Shown: piece by piece, positions 34,214 through 44,690 of the stretch
How the letters are laid out: the number at the start of each line of letters is the position of its first letter
Position numbering within the stretch: position 1 is the stretch's first letter
From: Sporopachydermia quercuum
Taxonomy: Eukaryota
Direction of reading: 5' to 3'
Length of the DNA stretch: 64,000 nt
Assembly (NCBI GenBank): GCA_001599295.1
Contig: BCGN01000012.1
Span: forward strand, 124,001-188,000
Position numbers and translations under genes: made by a program
The notes under the pieces: generated by a model
Database searches by the model: none
What the model was told of the DNA's origin: nothing
What the model saw: only the letters and a program-made list of their open reading frames with translations

Positions 34214-37204
34214 TTAAGAGGGAGGAGCAGCTCCACCAGACTTTCTGAATGTAAATTTACCGGACGATCCACTAGCAGCACCAGCAGTTGAAGGAGGAGG
34301 CACGCCATCACCTCTCTTCCTGAACGAGAATCCGCTTGTAGGAGCAGCAAACTTATTAGCACCAGGAGAAGAAAGAGAAGATGAAGAAGCAGGCGAACCT
34401 GGAACAGGAGAAGTAGAAGCTGCTGCTACAGGCGGGACATAAGCACCTTCACTTCTCTTTTTGAAGCTGAAGCCTGAAGGAGTAGCAAACTTATTACCCG
34501 CAGAACTAGCAGTTGTACTTGTAGTAGTAGTAGTAGTAGTACTTGCACTTGAATGAGTACCGAATTTACTAGCCAATCTAGCCTCACGTTCTTCTTCTTT
34601 TCTTCTGATTTCGGCGATTTCAGCATCTTTCTTTCTACGTAATTCTTCCAATTCTTTCTTTCTTCTTAATTGCTGTTGAATCTTTTCCTCTTCCTCAGCC
34701 ATTCTTCGTTCCTCTTCAGCCTTACGTTCTTCCTCAATCTTTCTCTTTCTTTCTTCTTCTTCCTTAGTTCTTCTTAGTTCTTCAATCTTTCTAATTCTGT
34801 ATTCTTCTATTCTCTTAGCCTTAGCAGTTTCAAATTCAGCCTTGGCCCTTAGTTTGGCTTTTTCTAATTCCTTCTTTCTACCAGCAACAATCTTGCTTCT
34901 GAATTCAGTGTAATCATCAAGCATTCTTTCAAAACGAGACTTGAGTTCTAAATCTTGCTGATGCTTAATCTTGGCTTTTTCAATAACAGAAGCTTTATGT
35001 TCTTCATAGAATTTCTTATCTAATTCTTTCTGTTCTTCTGCTTGTTTCTCCAATAAAGGAATTTCATACCTTCTCATAGCTCTTTCAATGTAATCCAATT
35101 TCTTTGCAGTGCTCTTCAATCGTTCCTTCAAGTCACTCTTTTCTTTACTTAACTGTTCAACTTGCATTAGCTTGATCTTTTCAGCATCTAAATCATCCAT
35201 ATTATTAATATCAATCCTAATAATACCTTTAGCATTAACTTCTTCAGCCAATTTCTTCTTTTCTTCCTCTCGTAAGGCTTGTTGTTCGGCCAACATTCTT
35301 TCTTCTTCTCTTCTCTTTGCTTCAGCTTCTTGTCTTTGTTGTAAGAAAGNNATTTCTTCATTCTTCTTCTTCTTTCTGGCTAACGCTTCTTCTTGTTCCT
35401 TTCTCTTGATNGCTAATTCAATTTCTTCCTTCTTCTTCTCGAGTTTTTCTCTTCTCATCAAAAGGTTGGCTCTTTCAACAGTTATACCTTTAGCTGCCAA
35501 ATCTAATGCCTTTTGCTTTTGATTGTTGATGTGGTTGATATATTCAGAATCAACATACAAAATACCAGCCAAAAGAATTTTGCTTAATTGAACAAGCTTG
35601 GACTTGATCAAATCAGATGGGGTCATTTGTAGTTTAGAGGTGGATTCGGCAAAAGAAGAATTGTTTTCATCAAAAGCGTCATTTTGGAAAATAATTGATC
35701 TTTCGTCATGATTAATTTTCAACGATAATTCATTTCTCTTACAGGCTTTAACGATGAAACTCTCAATATCGAAAGGAGTCAAGTTGAATTCATCTTGAGG
35801 GAAAGTAACCAAATCATAAACAAAGTCAAGCTTAACTGAGTCGTAGACTTGTGAAAGTTGTTGAAATAATCTTGTGAGAATGACTTGAGTCAAAGGTTTA
35901 TAGTATGTTTGAAGATAGCCAATTTCTTTGATAGCATCAAAGATAGGAATGAGCTTTTGTCTAATTTTCAATGGATGGAAGTCAACTTCCAACAACTTGT
36001 AAAGTTTTTGAATGCTTTCATCAGCATAATCTAGAACAGCGGAGTTGAGACAGAACTTGATCAATTCATCTCTAGTAGGAACATTATTCAAATTCAATAA
36101 TTTAGACCATTGGTTATTTCTGAATCTTGATTCATCAACTTCGTTTAATTTGTTTTCAGAAGATTGGGTTAACTTAGGAATTGCCAAAGCAGACATTAGT
36201 GCCAAGTTTGAATATTTCTTCTTGGTCTCTTCAGTAGCATTAGGAGATTGAATGAACAAGGCATAGAATTTACTCCAAGCAGCAGCATGGAAAACATAAT
36301 TGTCACTAATCAAGAACATTCTTGCTAAGTTTTCATAATAATTGGTCATCATACCAGGCTTGGAAGGTTGTTTGGCAATAGAAAGTAAAGTATGAACATC
36401 CTCAACGCATCTGAAAGATTCTTGACATAATTCTAACTTTACAGCAACGTTTAATTGATAAAATCTGGTATCCAAATACCTCTTCAAAGTGTCAGGATTA
36501 TTAAGATCAATAGGGAAAGGATTGCCCTCACTCTTTTGAGATTGAACAGCGTTTTGAACATGGTTTCTTAAGATTCCGCATAATCTTCTGAATTCAGCTT
36601 TACGATCATATTTATCGCAGAATTGACATGCCTTGTATGCAACAGCTTGATAAGTAACTTCTAAACGAGAGCAGTTACGTAATAAATCCAATCCAAGCTT
36701 ATAAGATTCCAAAGCAAATTTCAACCAAGGAGTAACAATTTCACGATCAGTTCTGTCTTTTGCTTGGTTATTAGAAACAGCAGAAAGAAGAATATGTTCT
36801 GGGGATTGTTCACCTTCCAAATCGTCCTCTTCATCATCATTGGTCTTCTCGCCATCTTCGTTAGAAATTTCAGCAGCCTTCTTACTAGCTTCTTCTAACT
36901 TTGCTTCTGACAGATCAATCAATCTCTTAATTACAGTTTCAACTGAAGCTAACCCAACGGGAGTTCCATGCACTTTCTTCTTGTATTGGTGTAAACCATC
37001 TTTGAGAAGCTTACCTTGCTTCAAGTCAACTGAAAGTTGAACAAAGAATAATACTAATGGCTCAAGTTCAGCGGGTTCAAATTGTTTAGTTCTTCTTGAT
37101 GATAAGAACTCATGAATGGTTTGCAAAGCCGCTGTTGACTGATCAACGGCAATCAGATCTTCTGCTCTCTTCAGCACGTTGGCCGGCTTAATAAATGGGG
37201 CCAT
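34214..37204 (-). CDS. TIF32: Translation initiation factor eIF3 subunit a
   Basis: KPANVLKRAEDLI, KDGLHQYKK, DRTDREIVTPWLKF, YLDTRF.QLNVAVKLEL; PCI domain and long charged helix. Confidence 0.96.
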   Translation of the reverse strand: MAPFIKPANVLKRAEDLIAVDQSTAALQTIHEFLSSRRTKQFEPAELEPLVLFFVQLSVDLKQGKLLKDGLHQYKKKVHGTPVGLASVETVIKRLIDLSEAKLEEASKKAAEISNEDGEKTNDDEEDDLEGEQSPEHILLSAVSNNQAKDRTDREIVTPWLKFALESYKLGLDLLRNCSRLEVTYQAVAYKACQFCDKYDRKAEFRRLCGILRNHVQNAVQSQKSEGNPFPIDLNNPDTLKRYLDTRFYQLNVAVKLELCQESFRCVEDVHTLLSIAKQPSKPGMMTNYYENLARMFLISDNYVFHAAAWSKFYALFIQSPNATEETKKKYSNLALMSALAIPKLTQSSENKLNEVDESRFRNNQWSKLLNLNNVPTRDELIKFCLNSAVLDYADESIQKLYKLLEVDFHPLKIRQKLIPIFDAIKEIGYLQTYYKPLTQVILTRLFQQLSQVYDSVKLDFVYDLVTFPQDEFNLTPFDIESFIVKACKRNELSLKINHDERSIIFQNDAFDENNSSFAESTSKLQMTPSDLIKSKLVQLSKILLAGILYVDSEYINHINNQKQKALDLAAKGITVERANLLMRREKLEKKKEEIELXIKRKEQEEALARKKKKNEEXXFLQQRQEAEAKRREEERMLAEQQALREEEKKKLAEEVNAKGIIRIDINNMDDLDAEKIKLMQVEQLSKEKSDLKERLKSTAKKLDYIERAMRRYEIPLLEKQAEEQKELDKKFYEEHKASVIEKAKIKHQQDLELKSRFERMLDDYTEFRSKIVAGRKKELEKAKLRAKAEFETAKAKRIEEYRIRKIEELRRTKEEEERKRKIEEERKAEEERRMAEEEEKIQQQLRRKKELEELRRKKDAEIAEIRRKEEEREARLASKFGTHSSASTTTTTTTSTTASSAGNKFATPSGFSFKKRSEGAYVPPVAAASTSPVPGSPASSSSLSSPGANKFAAPTSGFSFRKRGDGVPPPSTAGAASGSSGKFTFRKSGGAAPPS

Positions 37205-37575
37205 TCTACTGATTATTTGTTTTGATTAACCAGAAAACAGTCTCTTATAAGCTTCTTCTAGACTGTTCTTTGACAACTAGCTCTGTCTATACCGTTACTG
37301 CTACTAATACTACTACCTACTGAATTGTAAGTTGCCAAGTAACAATGTCTTGTATAGCCAAACAATTATAAACCTCAAGGACAAGGAATCAATCACTCAG
37401 ACTTAATTCTCTTCTTCCTATGAGAAATTTAAACAGCAAACACTACTTTTAACAAATATTTGAATCTTCGTTGGGGAAACAATCATTCCCTTTGCCTAGT
37501 GATACATTCATTGATGTCGTGGCTCACATTTTTTTCTTCCCTTTCCCGCATATTTTTCATGTTCATACAAATGTT

Positions 37576-37585
37576 TGAAAAATTT
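37576..37585. promoter_or_regulatory. RRPE element upstream of TIF32
   Basis: TGAAAAATTT. Confidence 0.5.
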
Positions 37586-37645
37586 ACACCCTTGCAACTT
37601 AGAGAATTACATGTGAAAATGAAGAAAGTTTGGTGTAGAAAGAGT

Positions 37646-37741
37646 GTGATGAGAAGTGCCACTATTAGAGGTCGTATTGAGAATAATATGGAATGGGGAA
37701 AGTACCAAAGACTATTATTGAAGATTGTAGGAAGAGCCTGA
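37646..37741 (+). ncRNA. Candidate box C/D snoRNA
   Basis: Box C GTGATGA (37646), C'-like TGAAGA (37719), box D CTGA (37738). The adjacent guide TAGGAAGAGC is complementary to conserved 25S GCUCUUCCUA. No terminal stem. Confidence 0.3.
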
Positions 37742-38138
37742 AATGAGACAGGAACTGTCAGATAGCGAGTGATAAAGAATGATAGGCCCCTGATGCTTTC
37801 ATCATCAACATGAGGGAGGATAACATAAATTAACAACGTCACAGTTGAAAGGCGAATCAGAGAGTCAAGTAACCGATAAGAAGCTTACATTGAAAAATAA
37901 AGATGGTATAAATAATGTAATAGATTACACATTTAATCGTCATCGTTCGAAAGTAGTATATCGAATATATAAACAGCAAGATAAGAAAGCAATCAAAACA
38001 CAACCACAGAAAATAGACAATATTCAATAGAAAACCAATGCCATAAACCCAACCGAACACCGAACATTAAGTAAAATAAGTAAAAAATAAACACTTCATA
38101 ATAATCCACTATAGATATGTTATCAAAGAATGAACCAA

Positions 38139-38567
38139 TCAGGCGTCACTGGGGAAGATATCCAAAAACTCTATATCACTCTCTTCGTCAAGAAACACTT
38201 CAAACACTTCAGGTTTTGAGTATCGAGACCCTTTACGCTCCTCATGATAGCTACTCATGAACAAATCTTGATTCCACTCAAAGCCTTGTGATTCCTTCAA
38301 GCTTAAACTGTAAACAGGAATAGATGTACAAGACCCATCTGGAGAGATTGTAGATGTAGAAGATAAGCGGTAAACGGCATGGACTTCATGGTCCAACATA
38401 GATTCCGACAAAAAAGATCGTCTTCTAGTTCCAAAGGGCGTACTGGGAAGGACGATTGAGCTTCGTCTTCTTCCAGTTATCTTTCTTGACCCTTCACTTT
38501 GGGGTGAGCTCCCAATAACCGGCAATCTGGTTTCGCTAAAGCTTCTATTGGAGGGATTTTCAGACAT
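38139..38567 (-). CDS. Small Ser/Arg-rich hypothetical protein (142 aa)
   Basis: ATG at 38567 (MSENPSNR...). RRRSS and RRRSF PKA-type sites, an ordered-looking motif PVYSLSLKESQGFEWNQDLF and an acidic tail. Confidence 0.65.
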   Translation of the reverse strand: MSENPSNRSFSETRLPVIGSSPQSEGSRKITGRRRSSIVLPSTPFGTRRRSFLSESMLDHEVHAVYRLSSTSTISPDGSCTSIPVYSLSLKESQGFEWNQDLFMSSYHEERKGSRYSKPEVFEVFLDEESDIEFLDIFPSDA

Positions 38568-39138
38568 TTCAAAATAACGTTCCAAGCTAATAATAGCCAA
38601 GTAGCTACAATCACACCAAATCTCTATGAAATCTTGAATTGATATTGCTGATGCATAGACGAAGACGATATTGTGTAGTAAACTATTAACCTTTAAGTTA
38701 TCCTTATCTCTCTCAATCGGTTTGCTTACTGACTGACCTGCCAATTCTTAACCTGTTCGATAGTAATTATTCCAATTCAACAGTAGATAATTTTATCACT
38801 TTATTTTTAAATGTTCAAACAGTTCGTATATATTCACTGATGCAAGCTTCTGAACCGACCTTTGTGGAATAATCGCATTAACAATACTGCAACTGATAAG
38901 GAGAAATGACACCAGTTTCCCTTATTAATCGATCATCGATTGACTCATTCCAACTGTCCCAGCACCTTCTTGGACATCAACCAACATAAGTTGTCGGGAC
39001 ATAATACCGGACAACTAATTTTGATACCTACCACATGTGTAAGTATGAGCATTGACCATCTTTGCTTGCGGTATCGATCAGCCAAACACTTGAAAACGAG
39101 GGTATGTCTGAAGATCTCCTGTATACAATGAAATATTT

Positions 39139-39160
39139 AAAAATTTTCTGAAAAAATTTT
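39139..39160. promoter_or_regulatory. Tandem RRPE elements upstream of NOP56
   Basis: AAAAATTTT and TGAAAAAATTTT adjacent; a further TGAAAAGTTTTCA at 39400-39412. Confidence 0.65.
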
Positions 39161-39465
39161 AGAAAGGGTGTGCACTTATATTTAATAATTGATTGATAAA
39201 GAGGTATTGCAATGCCTGTATAAACGGTTGATTTTGAAGTAACGGTCTATTGAAAACAAAGGATTATTTACTTAACAATCGGTTGTTGATCTAACCAGTA
39301 TAATAACAAGGATAATCAAGGTTTTGTCAGTAGTCAATTGATTGTTTAGTTGTTTGATAGTGAGGTAGACCAACTAAGGAGGTATAGGGAGAAAGTGAAT
39401 GAAAAGTTTTCAGTGAAACTATAGACACCACTCCTCAGCAGATACTTTAACATATCAATCTAAAA

Positions 39466-41037
39466 ATGTCAGGAGGTGTTGATTATCTGTTGTTTGAAGA
39501 AGCAACAGGATATGCTTTGTACAAGGTTGATTTGCAACAAGATGAAATTGGAAGTCGGTTGAAAGAAGTTCAAGCCGCTGCTCAAGATCTTGGTAAATTT
39601 GGAAAATTAGTGACACTTGTTTCATTTGCTCCTTTCAAGACTGCCGCACAAGCTCTTGAAAATGCCAATGATATCTCTGAAGGCATTGTCGGTGATTACC
39701 TTAAGTCTGTTTTAGAACTCAACATCCCTAAGGGATCTGAAAAGAACAGAGTTGTTTTAGGAATTTCGGACAAGAACCTTGGTCCTAGTATCAAAGAAAT
39801 TTTCCCTTATATTGATTGTGTGTCTAGCGAAGTTGTACAAGATTTACTTAGAGGTATCAGATATCATGGATTCAAGTTGTTGAAGGACTTACAAGAAGGT
39901 GATTTAGAAAGAGCGCAACTAGGTCTCAGTCATGCTTATTCCAGAGCCAAGGTTAAGTTCTCTGTTCAAAAGAATGATAACCATATTATACAAGCTATTG
40001 CGTTATTAGACCAGTTAGATAAAGATATTAACACTTTTGCTATGAGAGTTAAAGAATGGTACGGATGGCACTTCCCTGAATTAACAAAGATTGTCTCTGA
40101 TAACTATATCTTTGCCAAATTGGTTTTGATGATCAAGGACAAGGCTTCATTGAACGAAGATTCTCTTCATGATATTGCTGCTTTAGTTAACGATGATGCT
40201 GGTATTGCTCAACAAGTAATTGACGCTGCCAGGATAAGTATGGGACAAGATATTTCCGATGTTGATATGTTAAATGTTACTACTTTTGCTACCCGTGTTG
40301 TTGATATCACAGACTATAGAAATAAATTGTATTCTTACCTTGTTGGTAAGATGCACACTGTTGCTCCTAATTTGTCAGAATTGATTGGTGAAGTTATTGG
40401 AGCCAGATTGATCTCCCATGCTGGTTCTTTGACCAATTTATCTAAATACCCTGCATCTACTGTTCAAATTCTTGGTGCTGAAAAGGCTTTATTCAGAGCT
40501 TTGAAAACCAAGGGGAATACCCCTAAGTACGGATTGATTTATCATTCCACTTTCATTGGAAGAGCAGGTTCAAAGAATAAGGGTAGAATCTCTAGATACT
40601 TAGCTAACAAATGTTCTATTGCTTCCCGTATTGATTCCTTCTCTGATATTCCTACATCTAAATTTGGTGAAGTTTTGAAGAAGCAAGTAGAAGAAAGATT
40701 GAATTTCTACGATTCAGGTGTTGCTCCTACCAAGAATGCCGATGCCATGAAGGAGGCTATGGAATTAGCTTTAGCTAACATTCCTGATGGAACTTCTGTG
40801 ATCAAGGATGACATCGAAATTGATGAAGAAGATTCTGATGACAGTTCAGACGAAGAGAAGGAGGACAAGAAGGAAAAGAAGAAGGAAAAGAAGGATAAGA
40901 AAGACAAAAAGGGTAAGAAGGAAAAGAAAGAGAAGAAAGACAAAAAGGATAAAAAGGACAAAAAGGAAAAGAAAGAGAAAAAGCGAAAATCTGATGATTC
41001 TGAAAGTCCCAAAAAAGCCAAGAAATCAAAGAAATAG
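39466..41037 (+). CDS. NOP56: Box C/D snoRNP core protein Nop56
   Basis: LGLSHAYSRAKVKFSVQKNDNHIIQAIALLDQLDKDINTFAMRVKEWYGWHFPEL; KYPASTVQILGAEKALFRALK; KKE/D tail. Confidence 0.97.
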   Translation: MSGGVDYLLFEEATGYALYKVDLQQDEIGSRLKEVQAAAQDLGKFGKLVTLVSFAPFKTAAQALENANDISEGIVGDYLKSVLELNIPKGSEKNRVVLGISDKNLGPSIKEIFPYIDCVSSEVVQDLLRGIRYHGFKLLKDLQEGDLERAQLGLSHAYSRAKVKFSVQKNDNHIIQAIALLDQLDKDINTFAMRVKEWYGWHFPELTKIVSDNYIFAKLVLMIKDKASLNEDSLHDIAALVNDDAGIAQQVIDAARISMGQDISDVDMLNVTTFATRVVDITDYRNKLYSYLVGKMHTVAPNLSELIGEVIGARLISHAGSLTNLSKYPASTVQILGAEKALFRALKTKGNTPKYGLIYHSTFIGRAGSKNKGRISRYLANKCSIASRIDSFSDIPTSKFGEVLKKQVEERLNFYDSGVAPTKNADAMKEAMELALANIPDGTSVIKDDIEIDEEDSDDSSDEEKEDKKEKKKEKKDKKDKKGKKEKKEKKDKKDKKDKKEKKEKKRKSDDSESPKKAKKSKK

Positions 41038-41396
41038 GTTTTAACGCCCGGATTATAACCCAATTCCTCTCCGTTCATTCATTCGTTCATTCATGATTCA
41101 TTTTACTCTAATCATCCATATAGATATCCATTGACTATTTACTCCATAGAGTTTGTTCATCTATCTATTTTCCTTTATTGGCTTTACGGTATATATTTTT
41201 TTTTCTATTTGGGATATGCATCTGTTGCTCTGCCACATTGTACATTTTATTAATAAAAGTAACGTTCAATACACTACAACTGAAATGGTAGTAGTACCGT
41301 GACCCATAGAACGAACTATTAAAACGAGACTAGAACTGGTTATCACAAATTTTTATTAACGGAACTTGAATCTGAAGTATGATTTGTCAGGCTAAT

Positions 41397-42492
41397 CTAT
41401 ATATATAGAGATCCAGCACCATAATCAAAACTTCCGCTGTATACAGCCTTCTCATCAAAATAGTCACCTTCTAGACCTATGATATTGCCTATAGTTTTAA
41501 TAACAGGTACGATAGCCATAGGATTAGTAACTCTTTCAAAGAACATAGGACCTTCTGAATCAATGACAAAAACAATACCATTTCTTTTGAGTATCTCCAA
41601 CTATTAAAAATCATCGTTAGTATTTTAATAATCTAACCGGTAAAAAGATCTTTATGCAAAGTACGTTAACAGAGTACAAAACATTCAGAATAAACATACA
41701 TTTGCCATAAAGGTAGCACTTATTCCTGTTACATGACCTGGAGGTTTCAGCTTTTTCAGATCGTGTTCACTCTCATTCAACAACGTATGATTTGTGGTCG
41801 TAATAAAAGACACTGGTTCAATTTCCAACTGAGAATGACCTAGCATTATGTATTCAGTATCGGAATCAAGTGTATTTATCATGCTTCTCGCTATTACATT
41901 CTGAATGTCAGGACGTAAAATCGGGAAAGTAATCACTAGTATATCAGGTACTTTAGTGTCTTTATTGACTCCTTTTCTTATCACTATTGTTGCCAATTCG
42001 ACGTCAGTATCATCATCAACTCTCTCAGCCTCCTTACTTTTTGCTGTGCTATTCTCATGACCAATGGCCATTGAATTGTCAACATAAGTGTATGTAATTT
42101 GACCAAAGTCTGTGTAGTTATATCCAAGTGACTCTGTCAGTCCACAATTCTTCAAAGATTGAGGTTGTATTATAACAAGTTTTGGTATTACACCTAAAGG
42201 CAACTCGATTTGAGCTTCTGGTTTGGAGAAACTAACCGCAGGCAGTGGAGTATCAGAGAAGTCCTGGTTTTTCTGCAAGAGGACTTCATCTAATTCTTCG
42301 TCGGTTAGAACGTGTCTTGGAACCTTTGGTGGGGCAAGAGGCCGAAACTACAGTAGCAATATGTTAGTCTACTTGTACAATCTTTGCAATACAGCTATTT
42401 AACGCTCATCGAACAAACATCTGCTTCTTTCAAATTAACAANATTCAGAATTATTATCTGTCTGCAGTCAACCAAATGACACTTACAACCAT
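41397..42492 (-). CDS. PBA1: Proteasome assembly chaperone Pba1/PAC1, 285 aa; exons 42492-42487, 42347-41700, 41600-41397
   Basis: 6-nt first exon ATGGTT|GTAAGT; GACTAAC..TAG; second intron GTATGT..TACTAAC..TAG. Product MVFRPL..PRHVL...IDSEGP...GSLYI ends in an HbYX motif. Located between NOP56 and YKE2. Confidence 0.85.
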
Positions 42493-43084
42493 AGTTAATG
42501 TAATAATTTATGTTTTCGTTTAGGTGCCACAGGATCAATAGCTTCTCAATGGCAATTAACTTTCCTTTTCGTTCCTTTAGATTTATTACGCCGATTCTTC
42601 TATTTGTCAAAAATTGCTTCTAACCTCCCAGATACGTCTTATAATGAACCTTATATATATAAATATCATATCATTCTTCAATAAATAGCTTCTAATCAAT
42701 CTCTTTTTATAACTGTACAAGGCAAATAAAATATTCATTATTCCTTATGTTTTATACAGCTTTTCACATAAACAAAGTTTCGCCATTGGGGCATTACCAA
42801 AGAGAGACTGTAATTTTCCACAAACACTTCAAAATACTATCACCAAGAGAGTTCCATCAACAATAATATCTGCTCAACAAAGCACAAACATATTTTGGTT
42901 GTGTAATAATTGATCAACTAGCTTCTTATTTATTTATTTATATATACATCGCGACCATTAGTGCCTTGAACATCTTCGGTAGTTTTTCCTAGTANCTTTG
43001 ATTGACAAAGAAGACAACAGGACAGCAAGGACGATAAGGAGCTCTAAGAAAGCCTAGNATTATTTCGACATAGGTGATATAACG

Positions 43085-43756
43085 ATGGCAAGTGCAGCTG
43101 ACGCTGAAAAATTGAACTCTGAGTTTCAGAGCCTACAGGCAGGTTAGTAACAGGCTTAAAAGAACTTGTGGGCTTGGATGTAGTGAGAGATTGAGATGGA
43201 GCATAAAGGAACTAACAGAAACAGAGCTTTCTGAACTGATCAATGCAAGACAAAAACTTGAAACACAATATCAAGAAAATAAGATCGTAAAAGATGTATG
43301 TACTATGGACTGGAAGAAGAGGTGTGAGTAACATGTTTATTGTTCATGTATGAATGACAACAAAAGATATTAACAAATATCTTTTACAGGAATTTGATAC
43401 ATTGGATGGGGAAGCTAAGGTTTATAAATTGACAGGTCCTGTGTTGCTACCACAGGATAAAAAAGAAGCTGAATTGAACGTTAATAAGAGAATTGAGTTC
43501 ATTCAAAAAGAAATGTAAGAGCACAAACTAGTGTTGATTCTAGAAGCTATTAACACGATGGTACTAACGACCTGGGTAGAAAACGAGTCGAGACTCAGAT
43601 GGAAACATTACAGAAAAAATTAACAGAAACCAGACAAAAGGTTGGTATAATTATTTGAAGATTCTAACCATTGCTTTTTGAATAACGAGACTAACATGCC
43701 AACCATAGTTAATGGCATTTAGAAGTAATGCAGCCGCCACAGCACCTTCAACATGA
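43085..43756 (+). CDS. YKE2: Prefoldin subunit 6 (Yke2/Gim1), 120 aa; exons 43085-43142, 43225-43295, 43390-43514, 43580-43640, 43709-43756
   Basis: The spliced product has ARQKLETQYQENKIVKDEF..VYKLTGPVLLPQD..AELNVNKRIEFIQKEI. Four introns each have a branch point and YAG acceptor. Absent from the ORF track. Confidence 0.92.
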
Positions 43757-43880
43757 AACCGCTCACAACTGTAACTACAACAATGAAACAAGTAACTTAC
43801 TCGTATCTTAATTTCATTCACCATATATACCAAAAAAAAGCTGTCTCTTTTTCATGTAAAAAACGTATGCATCTGACCTA

Positions 43881-44690
43881 CTAGCCACGAGCCAATTGGG
43901 ATCGCAATAGATTTAAGGAAGACGAAGCAGAAAATCTTAACCATTCAGCAGCTCCTGTAGCAATACCACCTAGAGTGTTCATTTCCTTTAATCTCCTCTT
44001 GACAAAAGTAGCAGTATCTTTGAATTCGGTTGACTGATCTTGAGTCATGAAAAGCTCCGACTGTGCATAAATAGAGGAAAGTGCAAGTCTTTTGGAATAC
44101 CAAGCGAAGTCATTCGATTGATCACCAGACAGAAAAGCAATATCATCAGATAGTTGGTGCAATTGTTCTAATGAGTCCGAAACATACGGTGGAGTGAGCA
44201 TAACTCCCAACGCTTCATGAAGCTTAGAAATGTATGGTTTATTACCCATCAGTCTTTCTACCACTAACTTTTCTATCTTACTTGTATCTGTAGTTAACTT
44301 TGAAAATTCTTCTCTGAACTTAAGCGTGAAATCATCAACGTTATCACCTAAAATACTTCCTGCAAATTCTCCGTTGGTAAGTGTGAACAATCTTAATCGT
44401 TGCTTTGTCAAATGATATAGCACCAAATCAAATGTACCATTTGTAAACAAACTTTGAATGGAGTCTCCATATCCTAAATCTCGTGCTGCTTGAACTAAGG
44501 TCATATGCTTGAAACCCAACTCTGGAACTCTGGACAGGGCTTGTTCCAATATACGTTCTTGAGAAGGGTCATAAATTGGTTCATCGTAGTGATCATATGA
44601 ATAATAAGTTCTTGTAGCATTATTGACGAGGCTACCAATGGTGACTCGATGAGCTCTTTGGCTCAAATTTCTAAATGTTGTTGATAACAT
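43881..44690 (-). CDS. COQ9: Ubiquinone biosynthesis protein Coq9, mitochondrial
   Basis: Presequence-like MLSTTFRNLSQR; LHQLSDDIAFLSGDQSNDFAWYSKRLALSSIY..SELFMTQDQS. Confidence 0.93.
   Translation of the reverse strand: MLSTTFRNLSQRAHRVTIGSLVNNATRTYYSYDHYDEPIYDPSQERILEQALSRVPELGFKHMTLVQAARDLGYGDSIQSLFTNGTFDLVLYHLTKQRLRLFTLTNGEFAGSILGDNVDDFTLKFREEFSKLTTDTSKIEKLVVERLMGNKPYISKLHEALGVMLTPPYVSDSLEQLHQLSDDIAFLSGDQSNDFAWYSKRLALSSIYAQSELFMTQDQSTEFKDTATFVKRRLKEMNTLGGIATGAAEWLRFSASSSLNLLRSQLARG

Noticed and set aside
40707..41078. Antisense and alternate-frame ORFs over the NOP56 tail, and similar ones over the kinase, TIF32, ECM33 and ABP1
   Set aside because: Shadows of low-complexity or biased coding sequence with no independent evidence
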